DNA from: Takakia lepidozioides
Taxonomy: Eukaryota; Plantae; Bryophyta
Direction of reading: 5' to 3'
Length of the DNA stretch: 64,000 nt
Assembly (NCBI GenBank): GCA_030704615.1
Contig: CM060732.1
Coordinates: 37,200,001-37,264,000, forward strand
Positions 24,200 through 37,150 of the stretch are shown one piece after another; the stretch's first letter is position 1, and each line of letters opens with the position of its first letter. Below the pieces are notes generated by a model. That model was not told where the DNA came from and did not search any database. It was given only the letters and a program-made list of their open reading frames with translations. The translations under genes and the position numbers were made by a program.

Positions 24200-25660
24200 A
24201 TGTGTGGGCCAGGACACGCACAAAGGCACGAACGCGGGGTCGCCCCCGCACCGGCCATCCGCGTGGCGTAGCGCGGTCGGCAGTCCCGCAGCACCGACCG
24301 TGGCCCCCGGCCCGCGGCTCAGGCCGCCCGCGGTCGCCGCTGTGTCCGCCGGCGCGCCCGTCCCCGCTGGGTCTGCCCGTGGCTCGGTCTGCCCAGGCTA
24401 TGTCTGTAAGGTCTGCTGGAAGAGGAGACCAAACCGACAAACCCAAGCGGACCCAAGCAGACCCCATATGACATGGCGCGCATCTGATCGTCAAGCCACA
24501 CTGCCATCATATCCGTCCGGATTTAGGGCATCGCATCGCAGCCGCCAATGTGCGAGTGTTTCTCAATCTTTTTCTCCCTTGTCGTCTGTTCCTACCGCCC
24601 GGCTTCCTTCCTAGCAAAAACGTGCGTGATGTCGTCCTTTGCTTCCACCTTTGCAGGTCCTATTGCAGGTCCTGAACTGTGCGCAAAAAGATATTGTAGT
24701 GTATATGGCAGCGGCCGTCGATGCCCAACCTGAAAACTTTCTTATACGTCCACTTCGACAATGTCTTCAAACCCCAGAAGATGGGCCATTTTCTTGCAAA
24801 GATCTTTACTGGAAGAATGAGAGTCGCTCTGGATACATGGGCACTCAAGTGCGCGTCCAGACGGCCTGTATTACCTGGGAGAGAGTGAGTAACTTTGTAT
24901 TTGGAGAAGAGAGTAGAGACGGGTGTTCTACGCAATTTTACATAAATGTGCACGTTCACGCGAAGCTTGGAACGAGAACAGCTTCAAGAGCTAACACATA
25001 TCTAACCTATGTAATGTCTGCACCATATTCCCACACTTCCAGTTTCTTCCTGTGCTTGTGCCATATGTACATGTTGATGTAAATAGGGTTCATACTATCT
25101 TACATGCTTGCAGAACTCCAATTCCATGGGTGTCGATGACATATTCCAATATAACCATGTATCAGTGTTGTTATGGTCCAGAGGACAAGCGCACCAACAA
25201 TGTGAGTGTGAGGGATCCGAAGGTCAAGCGAGGAAGTCCGGATGTCGGGGCTAGAATCAGTAATCTTCACAAAGGTCCCAGACGAAAGAAAAGCGAATAC
25301 GGCGAGTCTTACAAGCGTGGTTGTCTCTGTTCTTTCAAAGTCTCCCAATGTTTTCTTGCTCCAGACATTGGAGTCATCACATATTATAACAACATGCAAC
25401 ACCTGGATGTGTCCGGAAAACCCTCTCATGGCGGGTATGCCGGCCAGTTTCAGTTCAGCCGATATGTCTATGCTCCACATATTAGTGAGGAACTGAAAAA
25501 ATGGATCATGGAATGCTTGTCCCGAGGCTTGAGTGTCGCGCAAGTCATGATTGAACACAATGAACATGTTATGCACAACACTGGCTTGGGAGAAGCATGG
25601 ACACGCGATGAATTTCTCCTCGAGCAAGATGTTCGGAACCTCGCTGAAAAACGAGCATGA
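24200..25660 (+). mobile_element. MULE-related (SWIM zinc-finger family) transposase N-terminal part with GC-rich flank, truncated
   Basis: ATG 24629; ITWERVSNFVFGEESR; YQCCYGPED; SYKRGCLCSF; HLDVSGKPSHG; APHISEE; TRDEFLLEQDVRN; ggtctg/cagacc repeats at 24370-24465. Confidence 0.7.
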
Positions 25661-25833
25661 CAACCTTCAAAAAACACGCGGACGATGCAGAATCTCGATA
25701 GGAGCTGGAACAAGATCTAAGAGGTGCGGCAAGGCCATAGAATGTGCACCTAGGGTTTCAGAGCTTGAAAGAAGAGCTCTTGCACCACAAGAAGAGTGTC
25801 TTGTGGCTAGAAATGTAAACCTTAGGGTTTCAG

Positions 25834-26558
25834 TGTCGCGCACTTCACTTCGGTAAGCTCCCCTTCAAGTCATAATTACTCGCTTTGATGCATGAGCCTA
25901 ACTCCCAACCTGGCCGCCGGGCCAACTCGGAGCTTCGGCTGCTCACCGGGACATAACGGTCCCCCTTTTCTCCCCCAACAGACCCTCCACCAATTTTGGC
26001 CTAGTGGAAATTCCCTTTGGTAAATGGCAGTCTGGAATAGCTCCCCACTTCTTGGTCGTTTTCTGGCTCGCTCGCTTACTCACTAGTTTTTGGTCACCAA
26101 CGGGCTTGCACCGTTCTCGGGGTTACTACTCCCTATATATACTTCTGTGACTGTCCGCGGGGGTTTCACAAACAACCATGCCATTTTATGGCGAACCACC
26201 ACGAAGACCCTTGATTCCCGGTGATGAGTCGCGGTAAGTCTTGGCCCACCTACCACGGCCCCATTGGACCGTGGTGAGTCCCAAGACTCCCCACGATTCC
26301 CACCACAAGGTCTCCGCCCCATGGTGAGTCCTATGCCACCCCCACTAAGTCCCACTAAGTTACCACCACCCCTTGTGGAGCTTCCCCCACCGCAACCCGG
26401 TGTGCGAGGCTCCACCTAGTGAGTGCCTTCGCCTCCTTGAGTGCCTTGGGCACTCACGGGTGCTTCAGCCCCCCGTACCTATTGTTGCCACCGCCCCCAC
26501 CACAGGGGCAGCCTCTCTGCGTCCCAACCCCCTACCCTCAAGGCAAAGGGCCGCGACA
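25834..26558. mobile_element. Solo LTR with 5-bp TSD
   Basis: TGTCGCG...CGCGACA ends; TSD ttcag at 25829-25833 and 26559-26563. Confidence 0.93.
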
Positions 26559-26619
26559 TTCAGGAGCTTGGCAAAGGCTGTGGAGTGCTTAATCTTGTCA
26601 TAGAGAGCATCAAGGAGCC

Positions 26620-27060
26620 AAGATAGGGGGCTGATATTACCTATTGTGTGAATGGGATACATGTGTAGAGCATGCATTCAGCCAAGATAGGGGGCTGATA
26701 TTACCTCTTGTGTGAAGAGGATGCATGTGTGGAGCATGCATTCAGCCCATTGAAGCTTCCATCTTCAAGCTTGGAGGGCAAGCAAGGAAGAGGGAAGGGC
26801 TGACTTCTCTTATGTAAGGGCAACGCATGTGTGGAGTATGCTTTTAGCCCGTTGAAGGCTTGTATTTTCAGGTTTGGGAGTGCAAGAAAGGAAGAAAGGG
26901 GCTGGTTTCCCTGTAGGGCATGTGTGGAGCATGCTTTCAGCCCGCTGAAGCTTATTTTCAGGTTTGTGGGTGCAAGAAAGGAAGCAAAGGAACTGATTTT
27001 CTTATGGTGAGAGTGGGGCATGTGTGGAGCATGCATTTAGCCCATTGAGGCTCTTGTTTT
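26620..27060. repeat. Degenerate tandem repeats (~60-120 bp units)
   Basis: Recurring gcatgtgtggagcatgc-ttcagccc motif, five copies. Confidence 0.75.
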
Positions 27061-27548
27061 CAAGCTTTAGAGAGCTAGAATGGAAGGGCTATGGCTGTTT
27101 CCACTTGGGGTGAAAGAAAAACACTTATCGGACATATGTGAGTTGGGGGTTTCAATTTCAAGCTTGAAGGGAGCACAACTCTTGAAGCACAGGTGCATGG
27201 GCTGGATTAGGTGCGAAGGGGCGTGCTATGGTCAAGAAAAGTGTGTGAATGAGTGCCTACAAGGACTGGAAGTCAGCCATGTTTGGTTAGTCGCCATAGG
27301 GATCAATGGCGCTATTTTGTGAGTTAAAAGGAAGCTTGTGCAGTTAGTTTTGGTTCCAAACATCTTCCTTTGGAATTAGAGCTACTATTGGTGGTGTGTG
27401 GGAGCCATAAAGAGCAAGAATACCTTGCTGATTTCCTCACAGCCGCCATAGCTCGGTGCAAAGAAGCCTAGAGTCCAAGAGACACAAACCCTAGCTTGGC
27501 GTGGCTAAACCCTTTTGGAGAAATGACTAAACTGCCATAATCGGCCAT

Positions 27549-28160
27549 GCTGTGACGGGCTGTGACCTGTGGCCTATGGGGCTGTGATGGGCTGTGATGG
27601 ATTGTGACAGGCTGTGACCTATGGCCTATGGGGCTGTGATGGACTGTGACAGGCTGTGCCCTGTGGCCTTTGCGGCTGTGATGGGCTGTGACTGGCTATG
27701 ACAGGCTGTAACCTATGGCCTGTGAGGCTGTGATGGGTTGTGACGTGTTGTGACAGGCTGTGCCCTGTGGCCTTTGGGGCTGTGACAGGTGGCCTGTGGG
27801 GTTGTGATGGGTTGTGACAGGCTATGGCTGGTGGGGCTGATGACCCTGTGACCTGTGTAGGGCTGTGACAGGCTGTGATAGACTGTGCCCTGTGGCCTTT
27901 GGGACTGTGACCGGCTATGACAGGCTGTGACCTGTGGCTTGTGGGGCTGTGATGGGCTATGCCATGTGGCCTTTGGGGCTGTGACCCTGTGACATGTGTA
28001 GGGCTGTGACAGGCTGTGCCCTGTGGCCTTGGGGCTGTGACGGGCTGTGACAGGCTGTGATCTGTGGCCTGTGGGGCTGTGATGGGCTGTGGGGCTGTGG
28101 CCTGAGTGGGGCTGTGATGGCTGTGACCAGTGATCTGTGTGGGCCTATGTTGACCTGTGG
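27549..28160. repeat. Minisatellite of 9-10 bp GGCTGTGAC-like units
   Basis: ~600 bp of ggctgtga(c/t), cctgtggcc and gggctgtgat variants. Confidence 0.92.
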
Positions 28161-31100
28161 ACGGCCTGTGCTAACTCGTGGAGGCACTGGTGGACTGCCT
28201 GAGGTCTGGCATGTGGTCTTGAAGACCAAATTTCGAAGCTCGTGGAGGGCGGTTTGAGGAGTATTTTCATGATATTCCCATGGTCATGCAAGTGAGAGAA
28301 GAGAGGAGAGGAAGAGTATTGGGATGAGGGCATGTTGGGGTTAGGCATTGCTTTAGCTTCTCTTCCTTGTAGTTTTCCACCCTCTCATTAGGCCAAGACC
28401 TTTCCGTAGGTGGAGGCAAGAGTCAGTCCGGGTTTGGGCTGGGGTGTCCTTGCAGGAGCAACACCGTGGAGTTGTTTTTGGTGGGGGGGAGTTGTCGTTC
28501 TGATTTCTTGTGTATGGATCCCCTCCATACCTACATGCTTGACTGTGCGCCATGTTAGTTTTGTGTGGGCGCTTGTTTTTATAGGTGATTGGTCCGGATT
28601 TGATCACCGGCCAGTCCTAGAGCATGCTGTCGATGGTGAGGCTGGGTGATGACCAGTCAGACCATCATTGTTTGTCATGTGGTGAGGTTGGAGGTGATGA
28701 CCAGCTAACCATATGAGTGTTTGCAGTGGATGCAAGTGCACGTATAGGCTATGTTAGAAACCTAATATTCCAAACCATAAGCCGCAACAGGTTCTCTACC
28801 CGGTTACCTTGTGGAGAGGGGGTTAGGGACATGTTCATGACCGGTTGAGTGACAGTTTGTCAACACGGAGGTACCACTAGTGCCGGTTCGAGCACTAGCG
28901 ATACTAGTGGGTACACGAGACGAGGTGTGCGGTTTAGGTCACCTTCACCTCCTGTGTCTTTTACAGAAGGTTCTGATTCAGATTGTGAATCAGGAGGACT
29001 TACACCGGCGGTGCAAGTTGTTTCCTTGCTATTGTTGTGGGACACAATGGAGGAGATGTATAGAGCTACCAAGGGGCCACGAAGGTACTCTGGGGCGGTG
29101 GGCACCATCGAATTGGATGACTTTATCCAAGAGTTTGATAGTTGGTGTGACTTGCAACAAATGCGCAATCCACAACTGTTTACGCCTTTTATGGCATAGA
29201 AGGGGTTATTTCAGCACCTTGAGGGGCCGCCCATGGATGATTACCATGAGTTCAGGCGGGGGCATGGGTTGAGATCGAGGAGTGGAGGATGTACTGGTCA
29301 CCCGACTATGTCTCCATCACTAGGGGCACTAGAGCCACGAGGGCAGTGGCTACACTTGCCGCTGCACCGGCAGCTTCAACAAGCAGCAGTGGGACTAGTG
29401 GGACTGGTGGTACCGTAGTTACAACGTCCACCCAAGCCACTATCGCACCCGCACCAACACCCGTGCCTGCCTTCAATTTTGTTGTGGAGTTCTTCGAAGA
29501 GTTGAGAGGGAACTACCAAAGGGTGAGGACAGAGAAGTTGCGGAGCTTGCAAGAGTTCCAATGGAAGCCTACTGAGAGCTTGAGGGAGGCTTTCACTCGC
29601 ATGAGGTGCTTGATAAATGTAACCCAATGGGTTATAGAAGCTCATGCAGTCTAATTCTGGTATGGGATATTGGACCAGGAGATGAAGAGAAGGGTGCGTG
29701 ATGCAACTCTCATACAAGCGGCCCAACCCACCTTAACAAATGTGTTTTTGCTGGCAGAGCGGATAGAGCTCAACATGGTGGAGGAACGAGTGGTCATGGT
29801 GGGATTTGCTAAGAAGACACCACGAGGTAGTGGTGCTCCTAGCCAACCACTACCTCAACGTGCTTAAAGCAACAAGGGAACTCAGGTGAAGCTCAGGGAA
29901 AGACAGAGAGGACCTCAGATGCAGGGGTCTCTTCCTTTATTTGCAGGCCAACAACGGGCGGAGGTGGTGTGTTGGATATGTGGAGGACCCCATGTCAAGA
30001 AGGATTGCCCAGAGGGAGGCAAAGGGCCGGCACATGCACAACCTACACAGTTGCAGTGTGGGCATTGTGGCAAGCACGGGCATGAAGAGGCCCAGTGTTA
30101 TGGTTTGCATCCTGAGTTGCGCCCAGGCCAGTTCCAAAGGAACAATGGTGGCCGGGGGCGAGGTGGAGCAGCCCAGAGAACGAGGTGGCCAGGCACGGGT
30201 GCAGGCCAAGGGCAAGCTCAACATGGCCAAAGATGCGGAGGTCAGGGTGTTGACCAAGACATGGCCAACCGACTTCAGCAGCTAGAGCAGAGGCTCGCTG
30301 CCATGGCTACTGCTCAGGTGGTACCGGCTCCAAGGCCGGATGGTCCACCTCTGGTTCCTAAGGGAGGAGATATGGGAGGCATGGGATTCATGTGCGGGGC
30401 AGCACTACCACTAGTGCAAGTGGAGTCGGCGGCGGCAGTGACCTGAGGAGCAGCACGAGTTCCTGAGCCACGAGGTGCAGAGGTGGAGTTGGATCCACAG
30501 CGTAGGGAAGCAAGCCGTTAGGCTAGGCTTCCTCAGTCATTCACATTGGCGGAGACAATGTCGACGTCATCCATGGCACCTAGTTCTCACCCGACTGTTA
30601 CCGAGACGGAGGTTACTATGCCATTGGGGAGAGCTACACGGTTAGCACCACTACCTAGTGTTGCCAAGGCTACGGCAGCTAGTGTGCTGCTGGGGGCGGC
30701 CACATTTGTGTGCCAGGCTCCATTGTTCTCGGCTACCATAATTGCGACGTCGGGGGTAAGACCAGCTGAGGTGTTCAGGCTGGCAGCTACACTCTGTGAG
30801 AGTGGGGAGGTTACTTCATCTTCTGCGGAGATAGTAGGAGGTGTAGTGCCGGAGGGATCCTCGGATTTGAGGGTCAAGACTGCCACGATGGCGCCATGAC
30901 AAGCTGCAGCTGTCAGGTTGATGGAGCTGCCAGCTAGGCCAGCCATTGAGCGCTCCATGGTGACACCTGGAGTTGTCATGTTAGACAATCAGGATGACAT
31001 TTTCTGTTTGAGTGGACCGGCAGGCAAGAGGTACCGGCCACTGCGGGTCTTGTTGGACTCGGGAGCTCAACCATTGATGCTGGGCAGAGCTGCTATTGGA

Positions 31101-31774
31101 GGCTTGGGCCTCACGGAGGCGGATATAGAGCCTTGTCTTTTCCAGATACAGAAGTCTCTGGGAGGATCGGAGCAGGCTCAAGGCATGACACGGCGTGAGT
31201 TGGCTATCAGAGTACGGCCGGATTATCCTACAGATGGCTCAGTGATGCGAACCAAGGCCATTGTGACAGACGCGGTCTCGTACGATGTCTTGGTTGGTGG
31301 GGCAGTGTTGTACCCCATGGGCTTAACCCTAGATTTTTGGGCGTCACAGGGAGCTGCACACGCCGGCCCTCCCCTGACTGCCATCTAGGCCTATAGGGTG
31401 GTTGCCCAGCGGGGCAAGATACCAACACTAGCAGCATTCACAACTGCAGTGACTTGGCCTAGAGAGTTGCTAGAGGGCAACGCTCATTCAGAGGATGACA
31501 CACCTCCAGGAGAGCAGGATGACATGTATGGTATGGCGGAGTCGTCTGCCATGGTTGCTCAGACTCCATTATGGGCAAGGATTTGCAGCGGGTTGCTGAT
31601 CGACGAGTGCAACAAGCCTGGGTAGAGGCTTTTGTACCATTAGGAGAGGAGGAGAGTGCAAGGATTGCACAAGGACCACCTCAGTTGGTAGCACTCACTT
31701 CCGTGGACACTACAGTCTCTAAAATCGCATTTATCCAGCACGATGAAGACGTGCGGGTCCACGTTCAGATCCTT

Positions 31775-32240
31775 TAGAGTCAGTTGTACTGTCTTCTGCT
31801 AGGACTTGGCCTGTTTGGCTGGACGGTCCTGTTTCCAAGATATAGAGTCGATTAACTTACGATATCTGGTGTAAAGACATGTGTTGCAATAGACTCCACC
31901 ATCTCATCTTCAATTAATCTCCGCAAGAGCTTAAGGAAGGGATGCCATACCTACCCCGAACAGCCACATTGGCTATTTTGGAGCATGCGGACATCCACTC
32001 CTTAAGCACCACCACTTGGAAGGATTCTGCAGACCTACCTTGGTTGGAGTTATGAACCCATATAGCAAATGCGTACTCCAAGGCAAGTCCAATGACGCGA
32101 CAAAGCAAGGTTTTCTTGACCTCAAAATGAATCCCTCTGCAGTGGAACAATTTAGTGAGACTCAACGTTTTGCCCTTCATGTTTGAACAACTTTGGATAT
32201 GTGCATCCCAGTTTCAGTTTGAGGAGAACTCAACGCCCAG
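31775..32240 (-). mobile_element. Diverged internal LINE fragment
   Basis: KLFHCRGIHFEVKKTLLCRVIGLALEY...ANVAVRGRYGIPSL, homologous to 50250-50710. Confidence 0.8.
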
Positions 32241-34260
32241 AAAACATGAACACGAGTAGGGGTAGAACTCACTCCATGCGCAACGGGTTTGTGTCGTTTG
32301 CGCATCTTCGGGAGAGACTCTGCAGATGGAGGTGCAGTTTCCACCGAACTGTCCTCCACGTCGTCGTCGTCGCCCATGCTGTACTCACTTGTGTCTGAAT
32401 CCGAGCTCGAAGACCGCCTACCATGCCGCCTTCCCTCTCGCACTGATGCCATCTTCAGTGGATTCAATCGAGCCAGGTGGGGGCTCCTTCGCACCGTGGG
32501 GCTGGAATGTGTAGAAGATCGGCGGTCGAGCGCTTCTTACTAGGCGCGGACATAGACCATAAAAGACCAAGACGAGCGAGGAAGACCAAGGCATACAAAG
32601 AAGGACAAGGAAGGGGGAGTGTGATCACACACCCCCCCAAACTTGGGTGAAGATCTGGCCGTTGTTGTTTTCAAATAGGAACATGTGTCGTGCATCCGAC
32701 ACTATGGCCTTTTCCACTTTGAGACATTTCAAAATAACCACTTACAATTCTCCAGACAACTAGATGTAGTGATTCACACGACTGACATGGATCCATTAAC
32801 TTTATTTCTTTCAAAATTGGGAGAAGGAAACACAGTGCAACGATGCCGTGAATGGCTCCGCTTTACATGCATTCTTGGAGAAAATGTGCAAGATCAGAGA
32901 GAAGTGAAAACAGTGCTCTGCCAAATAATTCAGCAAAAACAAACTCAACTGTAGTGGTTCTCCCATCGCAGAGAAGGGTCCATTCGACACCCATCGCACC
33001 ATGCCAGGTTGAGGTCCTCACACACACACATGCACACCGAGAATTTGCAAACCCACATCAGCCGGGAGAACATGGAAATTACCCCGTGGATCACATGCAA
33101 GCATGAATGGGAAATGGAAGGAGAATTGCATGGGAGATTTTGGTGTACCTGCGCGACATGCAACTTTGTCTACATACTCCATAAGTCACTGTCCCAAGAC
33201 CCAAGTGGACAGGGGAGGCCGGTGAGTCTGTACCACAAATGGTAGTCATACAGCAGAGGATACTGCCGCCCAACTCGTAAAAGCCGCCGGCTGGAAGATG
33301 CTAGGCATGCGAACTCCGGCACAACGCGCCTCCTCTGCACCTCACTCCGTCCCAACCAGTGCAAAACAATCGTGTATGCATTGACTGCCCTCTGGCTTTC
33401 TCTCCAGGCATTTGGGGGTCTGCGATCTGCTACACGTAAGTGTCTTTGAAGGCGACAATCAAAGGATTCGGTCACTTGCAGTTGCCGTCTCAAGGGCAAC
33501 ATTGCAAGAATCACAATTAAGTAAGAAAGATCGTGGAAGAAGCTGCAAACTGGAAATGAGTGAAGTGGCAGGGCGATGCTCCATTCTTAACATGCTCCCC
33601 TTTCCCGCCATGGTGATAGAGCCACACAAATGGACTCCCTTCCCACCACGGTGCAATTTCAAGGCATCGGAACGGGATTGTCCGCCGAAATGTGATTTGG
33701 AGAGCACAGCCGAATTCGTTATGGAATTCGACCTTCCAATACATGATTCCTCAATCCGTCTCGCTCTTCCGCTGAGGGTGGCGTGGGGCAAACTACCCCC
33801 TGCTACAAACTTTTGATCGTAATGCGATTTTGAGAGACGAATCGATGCAACCAGAAATTGTGCAGACGAGGACCGGCGATGACTGGAGTTCACTGCGCAT
33901 GGCCTGACAATTGCATCTGCTACTCTCTGTATTTCAACGTGCATTTACCCTTTTGCCTCGGTTGACCCATCGTTGCCTGCCAAGGTCAGAAAAACAGTCA
34001 TTCCACAGCTTCGACGACGTCTGTGTTACCTATTTCCCCTCACTTTCATGTTGTCACATTGGCATCATCACTTCAAAGTCACTCTAAACTATCAAAGATT
34101 AACTGAAGTAGCAAACTTGCAAAATTGAACATGAAATTTTAGGGCCAATTTTGATAAGAGGGGAAAAACGCCTGAAATGTGTTGAACGCGGTGCCTTCAT
34201 TAGCAGTGTATGATTTCCAGATATGAGCCGGCTGCTGTTGCGCTTCCACTTGACCATGTA

Positions 34261-34987
34261 TGTCGCGGCCCTTTGCCTTGAGGGCAGGGGGGGTCGGGAC
34301 ACATGAGGGGCTGCCCCTGTGGTGGGGGCAGCGGCAACAATAGGTATGGGGGGCTGAAGCACCCTTGAGTGCCCAAAGCACTCAGGGAAGCGGAGGCGCT
34401 CACTAGGTGGAGCCCCGCACACCGGGTTGCGGTGGGGTGGCTCCACAAGGGGTGGTGGTAGCTTAGCGGGACTTAGTGGGGGTGGCATAGGACTCACCAT
34501 GGGGGCGGAGACCTCGTGGTGGGAGTCGTGGGGAGTCTTGGGACTCATCACGGTCCATAGGGGCCGTGGTGAGCGGGCCAAGACTCACCGCGACTCATCA
34601 CCGGGAGTCGAGGGTTTTCGTGGTGGTTCGCCATAAAATGGCATGGCTGGTTGTGAAACCCCCGCGGACAGCTACAGAAGTATGTATAGGGAGTAGTAAC
34701 CCCGAGAACGGTGCAAGCCCGTTGGTGACCAAAAACTAGTGAGTAAGCGAGCGAGCCGGAAAGCGACCAAAGAGTGGGGAGCTGTTCCGGACTGCCATCT
34801 ACCAAAGGGAATTCTCCTAGTCCCAAATAGGTGGAGGGTTTAGTGGGAAGCGAAGGGGGACCGTTATGTCCCGGTGAGCAGCCGAAGCTCCAAGTTGGCC
34901 CGGGCGGCCAGGTTAGGAGTCACGCGCGCGCATCGAAGCGAGTAACTATGACTTGAAGGGGAGCTTACCGAAGTGAGGTGCACGACA
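34261..34987. mobile_element. Solo LTR with 5-bp TSD, same family as 25834-26558, opposite orientation
   Basis: TGTCG...CGACA ends; TSD atgta at 34256-34260 and 34988-34992. Confidence 0.93.
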
Positions 34988-35784
34988 ATGTACCCATGCA
35001 GGTTTGTTGCCGCTATTGATCCACATGGAATCATAGGTAATCTTGTGCTTGAAATCTGGCCCTCTTGGATGAATGTGGACCCACACTTCATCCTTGCTCC
35101 TTCAGGTATCACTGCCTCTGCAAAAAGGATGCGTACATCCTTGCCTTGTAGTTGATAATGATAGCCTAGATTTGTTCTAGGAAATACCGAACACAACTTA
35201 TCACACTAGTTCCTATGTTGTCTTGCATCTGGTACTCTCTGCAATCCAACAGGCATACACCATTTGCCTCGATTGTCCCACTATTGACTGCAAGGGTCAC
35301 AAAAGTGTTCATTCCACCGCTTTGCCTCGTATGTGTCATCTGTTTCTGGATACTTTCCTGTTGATTCATTGGAAGCATCATGTCAAAGTCACTCCAAACC
35401 ATCAAAGGTTCACTCAACCAGCTAACTTGCAGATCAATTGAACCAGAAAATTTAGGGCCGGATCTGACAAGAGGGAAAAACATGGTGAATTGGATCTCGA
35501 AGGAGGTGCCTTCATAAGCAGCGCCTGATTTTGCTCAATTGTGCCGCAGCTGCTGCAGATTCCAGTTGAGCATGTACCCATGCAGGTTTCTTGTAGCTAA
35601 AACCAACAAAAAATCAAAGGTAATCTGGAGCTTGAAGGCCGGCTCTGTTGGAAGAATTTGGACCCACACTCTATCCTTACTCCTTCAGCTAGGCATGCCT
35701 CTGCACAAATCATGCATATAGGGTTGGATAATAGCTCAAAATCACAGTTTGGAGAAAACGAGATGAAGACATGACTATGTGGCA

Positions 35785-37150
35785 AGTTTCAACTTTTTTG
35801 GCAGTACGTTTCAGTTTCTCTGGTGTCACAACTGCCTTCAAGTCAACATCCAAATTAAGTCCACCTACTCCCAAATGCAGAATGTCTCATGAGACCACCA
35901 GCGACGAGAAAAGCTGGTTTGGCATGACATGGTTGTAGTTCACAACCTTAATGAACGCCTTCAGCCTTGACCTCTTTGCGATCTTTTTCTGTGACGCCTT
36001 CTCCATAACCTGTGAAATGGAAAAGCAGCTACACATCAAATTGCGGGAAAGTATAAGGGGTACTCATGCCTCCTTGGGAGAAAGAGTGCCATAAACACAG
36101 ACACCTCCTTAAATGCCAAAATTTGACAAGCCAACGTGTGGTGGCAAGAAATGCCTAACCCATAATTATACTCCATCCAGTCCGAATCCAAAAGGGTCGG
36201 ATGATAACTCGGAACCGCAGGAGATGACAAGATTGATACACGACTATCTTGCGAGTTTCAACTTTGTTGAAGGTAGTTTCCAGTTTCTCTGGTGTCACAA
36301 CTGCCTTCAAGTCAACATCGAAATTAAGTCCACCTACGCGCAAATCGCAGAATGTCTCATGACACCATCTGCGTCAGAAAAAGCTGGTTTGGCATGATAT
36401 GATTGTAGTTCACAACCTTAATGAACGTCTTCAGCCTTGACCTCTTTGCGATTTTCTTCTGTGATTGCTTCTTCATAACTTATGAAAGGGAAAAACAGCT
36501 ACACATCAAATTCTTGCAAGTACAGGGGGGTGCTCAGGCCTCCTTGGGAGAAAGAGTGCCATAAACACAGACACATATTTAAATGTAAAAATTGGAGAAA
36601 CGAACGTCTGGTGGCAGGAAATGCCTAAACCAGAATTATACTCCATCCAGTGCACATGTAAAGGGTCGGATGATAACTCAGAATTCCAGTTTGGAGATAA
36701 TAAGACGAATACATGACTATCTTGCGAGTTTCAACTTTCTTGGAGGTAGTTTCCAGTTTCTTTGGTGTCACAACTGCCTTCAAGTCAACATCGAAATTAA
36801 GTCCCACTACTCACAAATGCAGAATGTCTCCCTCATCTGCGTGGGGAAAATGGGGTTTGACATGATATGATTGTAGTTCACAACCAAATGACATATCCTT
36901 CAGCTTTGACGTCTTTGCGATCTTCTTCTGTGACGTCTTCTTCATAACTTATGAAATGGAAAAGCAGCTACACATCAAATTATTGCAAGGCCGCTCAATG
37001 GCAAAATGAACGTTTCGAGTATGCTGTCAGAAAACTAGACGGACAAAAACCAAATTCGGCAGCCTCACCTTGCGTGGATACTTGGGAATTGATGCCAGAA
37101 GGACATGCCCGTATGCGCGCTCCATCGTGCCTCCATCCAGCACATTTTGT
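35785..37150 (-). pseudogene. RPL27: 60S ribosomal protein eL27 pseudogene with triplicated internal exons
   Basis: DGGTMERAYGHVLLASIPKYPRK then a GT donor at 37068; three ~470-bp units encoding variants of KKIAKRSRLKAFIKVVNYNH and LDVDLKAVVTPEKL...KKVET. Confidence 0.8.

Larger units (their letters stand above)
25700..31720 (+). mobile_element. Ty3/gypsy remnant: repeat-rich leader, gag and protease; truncated before RT
   Basis: Gag ELDDFIQEFDSWCD; zinc knuckles CWICGGPHVKKDC and CGHCGKHGHEEAQC; protease VLLDSGAQ and YDVLVG; many stops; left boundary approximate. Confidence 0.8.

Noticed and set aside
26620-28160. CRISPR-like array
   Set aside because: Eukaryotic context, degenerate units, no unique spacers, no cas genes
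32240-34100. Several short ORFs, one with a C..C..C cluster
   Set aside because: No recognisable domain or consistent exon chain; cannot support a call
25834-34987. The two homologous 0.73-kb repeats as TIRs or paired LTRs of one 9-kb element, or as an inversion boundary
   Set aside because: Each has its own distinct 5-bp TSD (ttcag and atgta), so they are independent solo LTRs
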